Part shown: piece after piece, positions 36,562 to 46,409 of the stretch
How the letters are laid out: each line of letters starts with the position of its first letter
Position numbering within the stretch: the stretch's first letter is position 1
Origin: Chitinophagales bacterium
GTDB lineage: Bacteria > Bacteroidota > Bacteroidia > Chitinophagales > CAVYQA01
NCBI GenBank assembly: GCA_963770495.1
Contig: CAVYQA010000002.1
Span: 16,955-80,954, forward strand
Length of the DNA stretch: 64,000 bases
Direction: 5' to 3'
Notes under the pieces: generated by a model
What the model was told of the DNA's origin: nothing
Database searches by the model: none
What the model saw: only the letters and a program-made list of their open reading frames with translations
Position numbers and translations under genes: made by a program

Positions 36562-37875
36562 ATGAAAAAAATTATTTTATCGTTATTGCTGGGTATGACA
36601 TTCTTTTTCAAGGCAAATGCCGACAGCGGCGACTCGGTATATAATGATTGCGTTTATTCGCCCGACATAAAATCTGTTCAGTTTGGCTTATCGGGAATTG
36701 TTCTCGCCCCACCCGTGCTTTCACTAAAAGGAACAAACCAGTTGCAGCTTTCCTTTGACGATATAAGCGGTGAAGATCGCACGTATTATTATTCTATACA
36801 ACAATGCAATGTTAACTGGACGGCATCAGACCTTTCATCATTCGATTATTTAACCGGTTTTAACGACAACCGCATTACAGATTTTCAATTTTCTTTTAAC
36901 ACGCTTCAATCTTATACCCATTACCAAATAATTTTTCCCGACCAGGATGTTTCAATCACTAAATCGGGCAATTATATAATTAAAATTTTTTCCGATGACG
37001 ACCCTAACCAGGTAGTGCTTATACGCCGTTTTATGGTTATTGACCAGAAAATGAGTATTTCGGGGCAAATAGTCCGCCCCGATGCCTCGAATTATATTAA
37101 CACTCATCAGCAGGTAAATTTTACTATAAGCTATCGTGACCTGCCGGTAACCGACCCGTTCACCGAAATAATAGTGGTGGTGCAGCAAAATAACCGGTTC
37201 GATAATGAAGTGGTGGGATTAAATCCGCAATTTGTTCAAAGCGGTGAATTGGATTATCAATATATGCCCGAACTGCTTTTTCCCGGGGGAAAAGAATTCC
37301 GGTATTTCGATATGCAGAGCTTGCGTTTCAAAGGTTTTCACATGGATGAGCTTGACGACACTTTTAATCAATATTACGTGAAGCTGGTACCCGATGAGCC
37401 GCGCACCTATCAAAAATATTCTTACATGAAAGATATTAACGGAAAATTCTTTATTAATTCCATTAACAGCACCCAGCCCAATGAAGAGGGAGATTATGCC
37501 CATGTGCAGTTCAAGTTAAAAATGGATTACCCGTTATTGGGAGGAAATGTATATGTGGTTGGCGGCTTAACAGACTGGCAAGCTTTGCCTGAATTTCTCA
37601 TGACCTATGATTTCGATAATCATTGGTATACCGCTAATGCCTATTTAAAGGAGGGCTATTACGACTATGCTTATGCCTATGTGGAAAAGGGGAAAAAAGC
37701 TCTTAATTTAAGTGAGTTGGAGGGCGATTGGTTTGAAACGGAAAATGATTATACCATTTACGTGTATTATCATCCCTTTGGAGCGAGATATGACCGGTTA
37801 GTGGGAATGCAAACGATAAATTCGCTGATTCAAAATAATACTAATAATAACAATAGCGGTGCCTATGGACATTGA
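36562..37875 (+). CDS. DUF5103-type protein (T9SS plug-protein family)
   Basis: IKSVQF...LQLSFDDISGEDRTYYYSIQQCNVNWTASDL matches the DUF5103 N-terminal pattern as I recall it; signal peptide present. Confidence 0.6.
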   Translation: MKKIILSLLLGMTFFFKANADSGDSVYNDCVYSPDIKSVQFGLSGIVLAPPVLSLKGTNQLQLSFDDISGEDRTYYYSIQQCNVNWTASDLSSFDYLTGFNDNRITDFQFSFNTLQSYTHYQIIFPDQDVSITKSGNYIIKIFSDDDPNQVVLIRRFMVIDQKMSISGQIVRPDASNYINTHQQVNFTISYRDLPVTDPFTEIIVVVQQNNRFDNEVVGLNPQFVQSGELDYQYMPELLFPGGKEFRYFDMQSLRFKGFHMDELDDTFNQYYVKLVPDEPRTYQKYSYMKDINGKFFINSINSTQPNEEGDYAHVQFKLKMDYPLLGGNVYVVGGLTDWQALPEFLMTYDFDNHWYTANAYLKEGYYDYAYAYVEKGKKALNLSELEGDWFETENDYTIYVYYHPFGARYDRLVGMQTINSLIQNNTNNNNSGAYGH

Positions 37876-39133
37876 AAAACTTTACTCAATTTTTTTAGCG
37901 TCGCAAGGGATATGTACCGATACAAGAAAATTACAGGCGGCTACTCTCTTTTTTGCTCTTAAGGGTAGTAATTTCAATGGTAACTTATTTGCCAAACAGG
38001 CATTGGATTCCGGCGCAATTGCGGCAGTGGTGGATGAGCTCCAAAATTTTAGCAGTGAAAAAATTATTCATGTTGAGGATGCTTTAAAAACATTGCAACA
38101 GTTAGCCACCCATCATCGCCGCCAATTAAAGATTCCTTTTATTGCCATTGCAGGAAGCAATGGAAAAACGACTACCAAAGAATTGATTCATTCGGTTTTA
38201 TCAACGACTTATAACACCTTTGCCACGCAAGGAAATCTGAACAATCATATTGGTGTGCCGTTATCAATTTTAGCTCTGAAAAAAGAGACAGAACTGGCAA
38301 TTATTGAACTTGGAGCAAATCATTTGGAAGAAACCGCATTTTTATGCGAAATATTGCAGCCCGATTTTGGTTTAATTACCAACAACGGCAAAGACCATCT
38401 TGAAGGATATGGCAGTCTTGAAAATGTGAAAAAAGGCAATAGCGAATTATTTGATTTTCTAAAATCACATACCGGAACTGCTTTTGTAAACGCCGGAGAT
38501 AGTGATTTGATGCGGTCTTCATCGGGGATAAAACGAATAACTTACGGAAATAAACATAGTGACGTTACCGGCGAAATTGTATCGGATAATCCTTATTTAA
38601 AAATTAAATGGAACAATCATCTTATCACTACTCAATTATTCGGTAAGTATAATTTTGAGAATATTCTTTGCGCCATAGCTATCGGAAATTATTTTAAAGT
38701 AAGCGAAGAAAATATTTGCAAAGGCATAGAAAACTATATTCCTAATAACAATCGCTCGCAGGTTATTCAATTCAATACGAATACAGTCGTAGTAGATTGC
38801 TACAATGCTAATCCATCCAGCATGGCTTTAGCCATTGAAAGCTTTTCCGACTGGAAATCGGATAAAAAAATGCTCATACTTGGCGATATGTTTGAGTTAG
38901 GTGAATTCAGCAATAAAGAACATAAAGAAATTCTTTACCTCATTGCGCAAAAACATTTTTCAGATGTCATTCTTGTTGGACCGGATTTTGCAACTGCTGA
39001 TACTAAAAATAAATACCGCCATTTTGCAACTACAACTGAATTAAAAAAGTGGTTTGATGCACAACAGTTTTCAGGATACTCTATACTCTTAAAAGGCTCA
39101 AGAGGAATGGCGCTGGAGAAGTTATTGAATTAA
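37859..39133 (+). CDS. murF: UDP-N-acetylmuramoyl-tripeptide--D-alanyl-D-alanine ligase
   Basis: DTRKL, FFALKG..FNGN, AIAGSNGKTTTKE P-loop, DCYNANPSSM, GDMFELG. Confidence 0.85.
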   Translation: MPMDIEKLYSIFLASQGICTDTRKLQAATLFFALKGSNFNGNLFAKQALDSGAIAAVVDELQNFSSEKIIHVEDALKTLQQLATHHRRQLKIPFIAIAGSNGKTTTKELIHSVLSTTYNTFATQGNLNNHIGVPLSILALKKETELAIIELGANHLEETAFLCEILQPDFGLITNNGKDHLEGYGSLENVKKGNSELFDFLKSHTGTAFVNAGDSDLMRSSSGIKRITYGNKHSDVTGEIVSDNPYLKIKWNNHLITTQLFGKYNFENILCAIAIGNYFKVSEENICKGIENYIPNNNRSQVIQFNTNTVVVDCYNANPSSMALAIESFSDWKSDKKMLILGDMFELGEFSNKEHKEILYLIAQKHFSDVILVGPDFATADTKNKYRHFATTTELKKWFDAQQFSGYSILLKGSRGMALEKLLN

Positions 39134-39134
39134 A

Positions 39135-39644
39135 TTACTTCGCGTCTGCCACAAATTTCAAGGCAGCAGAATTCATACAATATCTTAAACCGGTTGGTTT
39201 AGGACCATCATCAAACACATGACCTAAATGAGCGCCGCAACGGCTGCATATAACTTCAGTGCGTTCGCCATCTTTATCTGTGCGGGTAATTATATTTTTG
39301 GGGTCTGCTGGCTGGTAAAAACTTGGCCATCCTGTTCCTGATTCAAATTTATTATCCGATAAAAACAATAATTGTCCACAATCTATACAGTAATATTTTC
39401 CTTTTTCGTGATTATTGTAATAGGCGTTTTGAAACGGCGGCTCGGTTCCCTGTTGTCGCGTTACATAATATTGCTCCGGAGTGAGCTGCGCCTTCCATTC
39501 GGCATCTGTTTTTGTTACGGCAAATTTAGCGGGTACCTTATTAAAGTTAGGCGTAGGTGTGGTTTGGGCTATAACCTTGTAAATAACTCCCGCCAGAATT
39601 ATTGCGGCAACAACGATAATGGAAATTGATTTAACGGATTGCAT
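39135..39644 (-). CDS. msrB: peptide-methionine (R)-S-oxide reductase MsrB, with signal/anchor
   Basis: CxxC...CxxC zinc motifs (CIDCG, CSRCG), GTGWPSF, RYCMNS active site. Confidence 0.9.
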   Translation of the reverse strand: MQSVKSISIIVVAAIILAGVIYKVIAQTTPTPNFNKVPAKFAVTKTDAEWKAQLTPEQYYVTRQQGTEPPFQNAYYNNHEKGKYYCIDCGQLLFLSDNKFESGTGWPSFYQPADPKNIITRTDKDGERTEVICSRCGAHLGHVFDDGPKPTGLRYCMNSAALKFVADAK

Positions 39645-39700
39645 AGTGTTTGTTTTGATAGATATACGAAAAACAAAACAAAGTGGATTTTAATTTCAAT

Positions 39701-39728
39701 CACCCCTAAATCCCCTAAAGGGGACTTT
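39701..39728 (+). repeat. 27-nt hairpin repeat family copy
   Basis: cacccctaaatcccctaaaggggacttt lies between the convergent ends of msrB and rny. Confidence 0.7.
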
Positions 39729-39812
39729 TACTTAGTGCAAATAAATTTCATCTCGCGTTTTATATCTCACTTCTTACCTCTAAAGCCCTAAGCACTGTGC
39801 ACCATTCACTTA

Positions 39813-41381
39813 CTATTTGGCGTATGAAACGGCTCTCTTTTCACGTATTACTGTAATCTTAATTTGACCGGGATATTGCATTTCTGTTTGAATACGCTCC
39901 GATAACTGGAACGACAAATCCTCTGCCTGTTTGTCAGATACCTTATCGCTCTCAACTATAACGCGCAATTCCCGACCCGCCTGTATGGCATAAGCTTTGT
40001 CTACACCATCATAAGTCATAGCTAGTGATTCCAAATCTTTCAGACGCTTCAAATAGCTTTCCATCATTTCGCGCCTTGCTCCCGGACGTGCGCCGGAAAT
40101 GGCATCGCAAGCTTGCACAATTGGGGAAATAACAAACTTCATTTCCACTTCATCATGATGCGCTCCTATTGCATTACAAATAGCGGGATGCTCATTGTAT
40201 TTTTCGGCATATTTCATTCCGAGTATGGCATGGGTAAGTTCATCTTCATCTTGTATAACCTTTCCAATATCGTGGAGCAAACCTGCGCGTTTAGCCAGTT
40301 TCACGTTAAGCCCCAGTTCAGCCGCCATTATAGCGCATAAGTGAGCGGTTTCTTTTGAGTGTTGTAAAAGATTTTGCCCGTATGACGAACGGAATTTCAT
40401 GCGCCCCACAATCTTTATCAGTTCGGGATGTAGCCCGTTAATGCCAAGTTCAATAACCGTGCGCTCGCCTGTTTCCACAATATGCTCTTCCAATTGCTTA
40501 CGTGTTTTTTCAACTACTTCTTCAATACGCCCCGGATGAATTCTGCCATCTGCTACTAATTTCTGTAGCGACAACCGCGCTAATTCGCGCCTTACCGGGT
40601 CAAAACCGGAGATAACAATGGCTTCAGGTGTATCATCAACCACAATTTCAACGCCTGTGGCCGCTTCCAGGGCGCGGATATTACGCCCTTCACGACCAAT
40701 AATCTGACCCTTTAACTCATCGCTGTCAATATGAAAAACCGATACAGCATTTTCAATGGAAGTTTCCGCCGCAGTGCGCTGTATACTTTGTATGATAATT
40801 TTCTTGGCTTCCTTACCGGCGCGCAGTTTCGCTTCGTCCATTATCTCTTTCACATGAGACATGGCTTCTGTTTTGGCTGTTTCTTTAAGCTGCTCTATTA
40901 ATTCGGTTTTTGCCTCGGTAGCGGTAAACCTGGCTATTTTTTCTAATCGTTGTATGTTTTCATCCTGAGCTTTTTCCAGTTCCTGTTTTTTCAGGTTAAC
41001 CAGTTCAAGCTGGCGGTTGAGAACTTCCTTCACGCTTTCAACCTCGTTTTCCTTACGCTGTTGCGCTTCAATTTTTTGAGACAGGGATTGTTCTTTTTGT
41101 TTAATTCGGTTTTCCGCAAGAACAACATTTTTATTCTTTTCTACAACCTCCTTGTCATGAGCAGCGCGTAACTGGAGGATTTGTTCCTTCGCTTCAAGCA
41201 GTTTATCCTTTTTCAGGTTTTCTCCCTGCTTTTTAGCGTCGTCTATAATGATTTTTGCTTCTTGTTCGGCTTGTTCCTTTGTTTTTTTATTCGCTTGACC
41301 GGAGATGAGTCGTCCGAGTAATACGCCAACTGCCAAAGCAGCAGCTGCACTTATAATAATATATAAGATAAGATTGTTCAT
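39813..41381 (-). CDS. rny: ribonuclease Y
   Basis: N-terminal TM, long coiled coil, KH ([13 protein letters not shown]), HD domain (LLHDIGK). Confidence 0.95.
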   Translation of the reverse strand: MNNLILYIIISAAAALAVGVLLGRLISGQANKKTKEQAEQEAKIIIDDAKKQGENLKKDKLLEAKEQILQLRAAHDKEVVEKNKNVVLAENRIKQKEQSLSQKIEAQQRKENEVESVKEVLNRQLELVNLKKQELEKAQDENIQRLEKIARFTATEAKTELIEQLKETAKTEAMSHVKEIMDEAKLRAGKEAKKIIIQSIQRTAAETSIENAVSVFHIDSDELKGQIIGREGRNIRALEAATGVEIVVDDTPEAIVISGFDPVRRELARLSLQKLVADGRIHPGRIEEVVEKTRKQLEEHIVETGERTVIELGINGLHPELIKIVGRMKFRSSYGQNLLQHSKETAHLCAIMAAELGLNVKLAKRAGLLHDIGKVIQDEDELTHAILGMKYAEKYNEHPAICNAIGAHHDEVEMKFVISPIVQACDAISGARPGARREMMESYLKRLKDLESLAMTYDGVDKAYAIQAGRELRVIVESDKVSDKQAEDLSFQLSERIQTEMQYPGQIKITVIREKRAVSYAK

Positions 41382-41534
41382 GATTAAAATTTTGGGTTAA
41401 ATACCTTTTCATAACAGTTCTGATGAAGGAGTGCCAAAATGACACACTTTGCATCTTCATGGACAAAATTAGTAAATTTTGGGGTAAATGAAGAAAAAGT
41501 TAAATCTGAGAGTGAAAAATAAGTGTTTAGTGTC

Positions 41535-41816
41535 CTATTTTGTTATCAATGCATCTAATTCCTTTAACCTGGCGGTCACCTCATCTAAGTTTTGTTGAAG
41601 ATTGGAATTAGATTTAAACGCATCAATCAGGTTCATTAATGCGCTCATGGCTAAAAAATCCTGCTTGTCTTTGCCGGAATAAATGCCCTGGAATTCAGCT
41701 AATTTTTCATTTATAAGTTTTACGCAACGCCGCACCAACTGCTCATCCGCTTTTTCTATTTTTAAAGGATAAGTGCGGTCGGCTATAATAATGCCTATGG
41801 TTACCTCTTCGCTCAA
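41535..41816 (-). CDS. zapA: cell division protein ZapA
   Basis: 93 aa. IADRTYPLKIEKADEQLVRRCVKLINEKL pattern. Lies between pheT and rny, as is common. Confidence 0.7.
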   Translation of the reverse strand: MSEEVTIGIIIADRTYPLKIEKADEQLVRRCVKLINEKLAEFQGIYSGKDKQDFLAMSALMNLIDAFKSNSNLQQNLDEVTARLKELDALITK

Positions 41817-42112
41817 TCTTTTTCTGTTTTAAGTTTATGAATCACTGTATCCAATTCCTTTATCATATTATTTATCTTCTCTGAAAATTCGTTGTTCCCT
41901 TCCATATTGCCAATAAGCTGTTTAGCCAGTTTAATCGTTTCAATTTCTTCCTCAAGTGAATTGATTTTTTTATCCTTTTCTTTAAGCGCAACTTTTAAAT
42001 CATCGGTTTCACGGCGCAGCCTGATAATCATATCTTCAAGCGTTTGTTTTTGCTCAAGCAGCTTATGCGCCTTGCGAAAAATGCCGTCAACCGTGTGTTT
42101 CAGTTCGTCCAT
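41813..42112 (-). CDS. hypothetical coiled-coil protein
   Basis: 99 aa with heptad-rich sequence. Start and stop overlap pheT and zapA, suggesting translational coupling. Confidence 0.5.
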   Translation of the reverse strand: MDELKHTVDGIFRKAHKLLEQKQTLEDMIIRLRRETDDLKVALKEKDKKINSLEEEIETIKLAKQLIGNMEGNNEFSEKINNMIKELDTVIHKLKTEKD

Positions 42113-44544
42113 CAGTTTCTTATCTCTGCGCTTAACTCATTTTTAAATGTTTCAATCAACTTGTTCATCACATTTTCAATGTCCTTATCGGTAAGCGTTT
42201 TTGTTTTATCGAGGAAGGTAAAACTCAATGCACACGACTTTTTGCCTTTCCCGATTTTTTTGTCCTCATAAATATCGAAAATATTAACATCTTTTAATAA
42301 TTGTCCCGCTTGTTTTTTTACCAACGATTCCAGTTTGTCATAAGTTATTTCTTTATCGATTACTATGGCAAGGTCGCGTTCAACAGAGGGAAATACAGGA
42401 ATTTCACTGAATTTTATTGAATTATTCCTGCTTAATCGCTCTATTTCTTCCATCTGAAGACAGGCATAAAACACAGGCTGTTTTACATCATATCCTGCAC
42501 TAATCTTGGGTAACACTAAACCGAGCGTTGCTAATTCCGGTTTTCCAGCCGATAATTTTATAGCGTAATCAAATGATGGGTCATTAACGGCTTGTGTTTG
42601 TACTCTTTTAATGCCACAACGTTTAAGCAGGTTAATAACAAAAGTTTTCAGGTAATAGAAATCAGTTTGTTCGTCTTTTGTGAGCCAATTCTCCCGGTAT
42701 TTTTTCCCCGTAACAAATAATCCCAATTGGAACTCTTCAATATTTTCTTCCCCGTTCTTTTGAAAAACTTTTCCGAATTCAAAAAATTTTAAATCGGTAT
42801 TCTGGCGGTTGCTGTTGTAAGAAATAGCCTCAAGTCCGCTGCTGATAAGTGTTGGGCGCAAGGTATCAAGCCCTGCATTTTTATATCCTAATAACTTTAT
42901 TACCTGCGATTGGTTGTAACCAAAAATTGTTTCTAACTTATTACCATTGGTAATAGAATTGCTGATGGTTTCAAAAAAACCGTTTGCAGACAGGTAATCG
43001 GATAACACTTCAATAAGCGTATCAATGTGGTTCGGTTGGGAGGATTGAACGGTACGTTTCATCACCTGTGTTACAGGAATTTTATCGTAGCCATATACGC
43101 GCAAAACTTCTTCAATCACACTTTCAGGGCGCTGAACATCATTTTTTGCAGTGGGCACTGAAATACATAAGTGATGAGTTTCATCATCAAGAATATCATA
43201 ATTCAGAGCTGTTAAAATAGTTTTCACGCTGTCAGCCTGTATTGATGTGCCGGCTAATTCATCCAGCTTTTTATAATACAGGTTTATTTCTTTAGGTCTT
43301 ACAGGATTAGGATAACTATCTATTATATCTGAAGATATTTTTCCCCCGCAAATTTCTTTTATCAATAGCGCTGCCCGTTTTAAAGCCCATTCTGTGCCAT
43401 TAGGGTCTGTACCTTTTTCAAAACGGATAGCAGCATCGGTTCGCAAAATATGCCTGAACGATGTGCGCCGAACATAAGACGGATTAAAATGCGCGCTTTC
43501 CAAAAAAACATTCTTCGTAGAATCTTTTACGCCCGAATGAATTCCGCCGAATACACCGGCAATACACATCGGTTCTTTGGCATTACATATCATTAAATCG
43601 GCAGCGTCCAGTTTTCGTTTTTGCCCGTCGAGAGTTTGAAATTCCGTGCCGGCAGGTAAAAATTTCACTATCACTTCATTGCCCATAATATCATCGGCAT
43701 CGAAGGCGTGAAGCGGCTGCCCGCATTCGTGCATTACATAGTTTGTAATATCTACCACATTATTCAACGGGCGCAACCCTATAGCTTTAAGCTTGTTCTG
43801 CAGCCACTGCGGCGAAGGCGCAACCGTAATACCTGAAACTGTAATGCCCGAATAGCGTGTACAGGCTTTTGCATCGTCCACAGAAACATCAATTACGAGC
43901 GATTCATCATCATTGTTAAAATTTTCAACTGACGGAACTACAACTTCTGAACTTATATTTTCTCTTATTTTCAAAACAGCACATAAATCGCGCGCGATAC
44001 CAATATGCGACATGGCATCGCTGCGGTTGGGTGTTAAGGCAATATCAAAAACAAAATCACTTTCAATTTTATAAAAATCTTTTGCCAATGAGCCGACAAC
44101 TGCATTATCGGGTAAAATAATAATGCCGGCATGGTCTGTTCCCAATCCTATTTCATCCTCGGCGCATATCATTCCGAAAGAATCAACCCCTCGTATTTTT
44201 GAATTTTTAATTTTTACCGGTTCTCCAGAAATGGGATATAGCGTGGTTGCCGCGAGGGCTACCACTACCTTCTGATTAATTGCCACATTCGGCGCACCGC
44301 AAACAATTTGTAATAGTTGTGCCTTGCCTACATCAACTGTCGTAACTTTTAACTTATCGGCATCAGGATGCTTTTCTACTGTTTTTACCTGTCCTATTAC
44401 CAAGCCTTCAAGCCCACCCTTCACCCTTTCAACCGTATGAATTTCCTCCACCTCCAAACCGGCATTAGTAAGCAGGTCGGCAGTTTTTTCAGCGGGCAAA
44501 TCCGTTTTAATGTAATCCTTAAGCCAGTTATACGAAATCTTCAT
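42112..44544 (-). CDS. pheT: phenylalanine--tRNA ligase beta subunit
   Basis: MKISYNWLKDY N-terminus, tRNA-binding, B3/4, B5 and FDX-ACB organisation; 810 aa. Confidence 0.95.
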   Translation of the reverse strand: MKISYNWLKDYIKTDLPAEKTADLLTNAGLEVEEIHTVERVKGGLEGLVIGQVKTVEKHPDADKLKVTTVDVGKAQLLQIVCGAPNVAINQKVVVALAATTLYPISGEPVKIKNSKIRGVDSFGMICAEDEIGLGTDHAGIIILPDNAVVGSLAKDFYKIESDFVFDIALTPNRSDAMSHIGIARDLCAVLKIRENISSEVVVPSVENFNNDDESLVIDVSVDDAKACTRYSGITVSGITVAPSPQWLQNKLKAIGLRPLNNVVDITNYVMHECGQPLHAFDADDIMGNEVIVKFLPAGTEFQTLDGQKRKLDAADLMICNAKEPMCIAGVFGGIHSGVKDSTKNVFLESAHFNPSYVRRTSFRHILRTDAAIRFEKGTDPNGTEWALKRAALLIKEICGGKISSDIIDSYPNPVRPKEINLYYKKLDELAGTSIQADSVKTILTALNYDILDDETHHLCISVPTAKNDVQRPESVIEEVLRVYGYDKIPVTQVMKRTVQSSQPNHIDTLIEVLSDYLSANGFFETISNSITNGNKLETIFGYNQSQVIKLLGYKNAGLDTLRPTLISSGLEAISYNSNRQNTDLKFFEFGKVFQKNGEENIEEFQLGLFVTGKKYRENWLTKDEQTDFYYLKTFVINLLKRCGIKRVQTQAVNDPSFDYAIKLSAGKPELATLGLVLPKISAGYDVKQPVFYACLQMEEIERLSRNNSIKFSEIPVFPSVERDLAIVIDKEITYDKLESLVKKQAGQLLKDVNIFDIYEDKKIGKGKKSCALSFTFLDKTKTLTDKDIENVMNKLIETFKNELSAEIRN

Positions 44545-44633
44545 TCCTTAAAATTAGAAGCCAAAATTAGAAATAACTTTCAACCATTCAGAAATTTAAC
44601 AGACACTATCTATTTTTTGATTAACTTTAGGGT

Positions 44634-44927
44634 ATGTATTTAACGGAACACGAGATAAAAACCATTAAGGATTTTTTTAATGACCGCCCTGTTGTAAAAG
44701 CTTACCTGTTTGGCTCATACGCAAGAAAAGATGCCGGACGAGAGAGTGATGTTAATATTTTGGTGGAATTAGACAACTCCGACATTTCGGATAACGGGTA
44801 CGCAAAAATGCAACAAGACCTTCAAAGTAGGCTTAATAAACGTATTGACCTTGTTTCCACCAAAGAGGTATCAAAATATTTTTTGCCTTTTATCGAGCAC
44901 GATAAGAAGCTTATTTATAAAAAATAG
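44634..44927 (+). CDS. minimal nucleotidyltransferase (MNT-type)
   Basis: AYLFGSYARKDAGRESDVNILVEL (GS...DxD). No HEPN partner gene is adjacent. Confidence 0.8.
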   Translation: MYLTEHEIKTIKDFFNDRPVVKAYLFGSYARKDAGRESDVNILVELDNSDISDNGYAKMQQDLQSRLNKRIDLVSTKEVSKYFLPFIEHDKKLIYKK

Positions 44928-44952
44928 AATTTTGTAAGATAGACAGCATAAC

Positions 44953-45165
44953 ATGAGTACTTTAAAAATAGATATCATTAATCCCAAAGCAAAAAAGCTT
45001 TTAAAAGGCATGGCTGACCTTAATCTTATTTCCATAAAAGAAACAGGCAACAATGACTTTAAAACAGCTTTAAAACGGTTAAGAGGTAAAACAAAAGCAA
45101 AACCTTCTCTCAAAGAAATAACAAAAGAGGTTGAAGCGGTCAGGGCAAAAAGATATGCACGGTAA
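44953..45165 (+). CDS. putative antitoxin of the adjacent PIN toxin
   Basis: 70 aa and basic. Overlaps the PIN ORF, in a typical toxin-antitoxin arrangement. Confidence 0.5.
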   Translation: MSTLKIDIINPKAKKLLKGMADLNLISIKETGNNDFKTALKRLRGKTKAKPSLKEITKEVEAVRAKRYAR

Positions 45166-45577
45166 ATCCGATAGGATTATTATTGATACTAATCTTTGGA
45201 TTCATTTTCTTATTACAAAAAAATATTCACAACTTGATAAACTTTTACTGTCAAATAAAATAATTATTCTTTTCAGTGATGAATTGTTGGATGAATTTAT
45301 AGAGGTAATAACTCGTCCTAGACTTAGAAAATATTTTACGGTTGAATCAACTTACTCTATTATAGACAATACAAACGATTATTCCGAATTCATTAAAATT
45401 AAAAGCCAGATTAATGTTTGCAGAGACAAAAAAGATAATTTTTTGTTAGCGCTTGCACACGATGGTAAAGCAGATTATCTTATAACAAGGGATAACGATC
45501 TTTTGGTGCTACAAAGATTCGGAAAAACAAGAATAATCACAATTTCAGAATACCTACAAAAAAAATCGCTCCGGTAA
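45131..45577 (+). CDS. PIN-domain toxin (start possibly at 45155, MHGKSDR)
   Basis: IIIDTNLWIHFL (first acidic residue), ITRDNDLL (C-terminal acidic motif). Confidence 0.8.
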   Translation: MKRSGQKDMHGKSDRIIIDTNLWIHFLITKKYSQLDKLLLSNKIIILFSDELLDEFIEVITRPRLRKYFTVESTYSIIDNTNDYSEFIKIKSQINVCRDKKDNFLLALAHDGKADYLITRDNDLLVLQRFGKTRIITISEYLQKKSLR

Positions 45578-45612
45578 AAAACACCGGGGCGACTTTCCCA
45601 ACAAAACCAAAA

Positions 45613-46191
45613 CTACAACACAATCGCTTTTTCTTCAACCATTTTCCTCAGGTTAATCAGGGCATAGCGCATTCTGCCAAGCGCGGTGTTAATGCTTACG
45701 CCGGTCATATCGGCAATCTCTTTAAAACTCAAATCGCTGTAATGGCGCAAAATAATTACTTCGCGCTGTTCATCGGGAAGCTGCTCAATCATCTTACGCA
45801 GTTTCACGTGGGTTTGGTCAGACATCATGCGGTCTTCGGCATTCTCGTCTTTAAATTTTAAGACATTAAAAATGTCGAAACCGTCAGCCGTAGTGATTTT
45901 TGGCGTTCTTTTTGTTCTACGGTAGTAGTCAATGCAAAGGTTGTGTGCTATACGCATTACCCAGGGAAGGAATTTGCCTTCTTCAAGGTATTTACCTTCG
46001 CGTAACTTGTCAACCACCTTCATAAAGGTGTCCTGGAAAATGTCTTCCGCAATATACCGGTCTCTGACGAACAGGTAAATTGAGGTAAAAACCTTGCTTT
46101 TGTGGCGGTGGATCAGGGTTTCTAATGCTGCATTGTTTCCTCCGACATACAGTTGTATCAACTGATGGTCGTTGATGGGTTGTGTGTGCAT
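45613..46191 (-). CDS. ECF-type RNA polymerase sigma-70 factor
   Basis: Region 2 (DIFQDTFMKV, WVMRIAHNLCIDYYR) and region 4 HTH (SFKEIADMTGVSINTALGRMRYA). Confidence 0.9.
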   Translation of the reverse strand: MHTQPINDHQLIQLYVGGNNAALETLIHRHKSKVFTSIYLFVRDRYIAEDIFQDTFMKVVDKLREGKYLEEGKFLPWVMRIAHNLCIDYYRRTKRTPKITTADGFDIFNVLKFKDENAEDRMMSDQTHVKLRKMIEQLPDEQREVIILRHYSDLSFKEIADMTGVSINTALGRMRYALINLRKMVEEKAIVL

Positions 46192-46409
46192 AGTTCTCTA
46201 CTGTTTTTGGTTAAAAGAAATAGTAACGAGTAGAGCTATGCCTTATAGTGATAAATTAATATTAAGTTAGAAAATGATAAAAACTAAAAAACAACTAAGA
46301 GGAGAAATGAACTTATAGTGTGAATTTTGCTTTTAGTATTATTATTAAGATGTTTAATCGTTAATTAAAGTTGCAACAAAATAAATAGTATTTTTCGGCT
46401 TTTCCAAAT

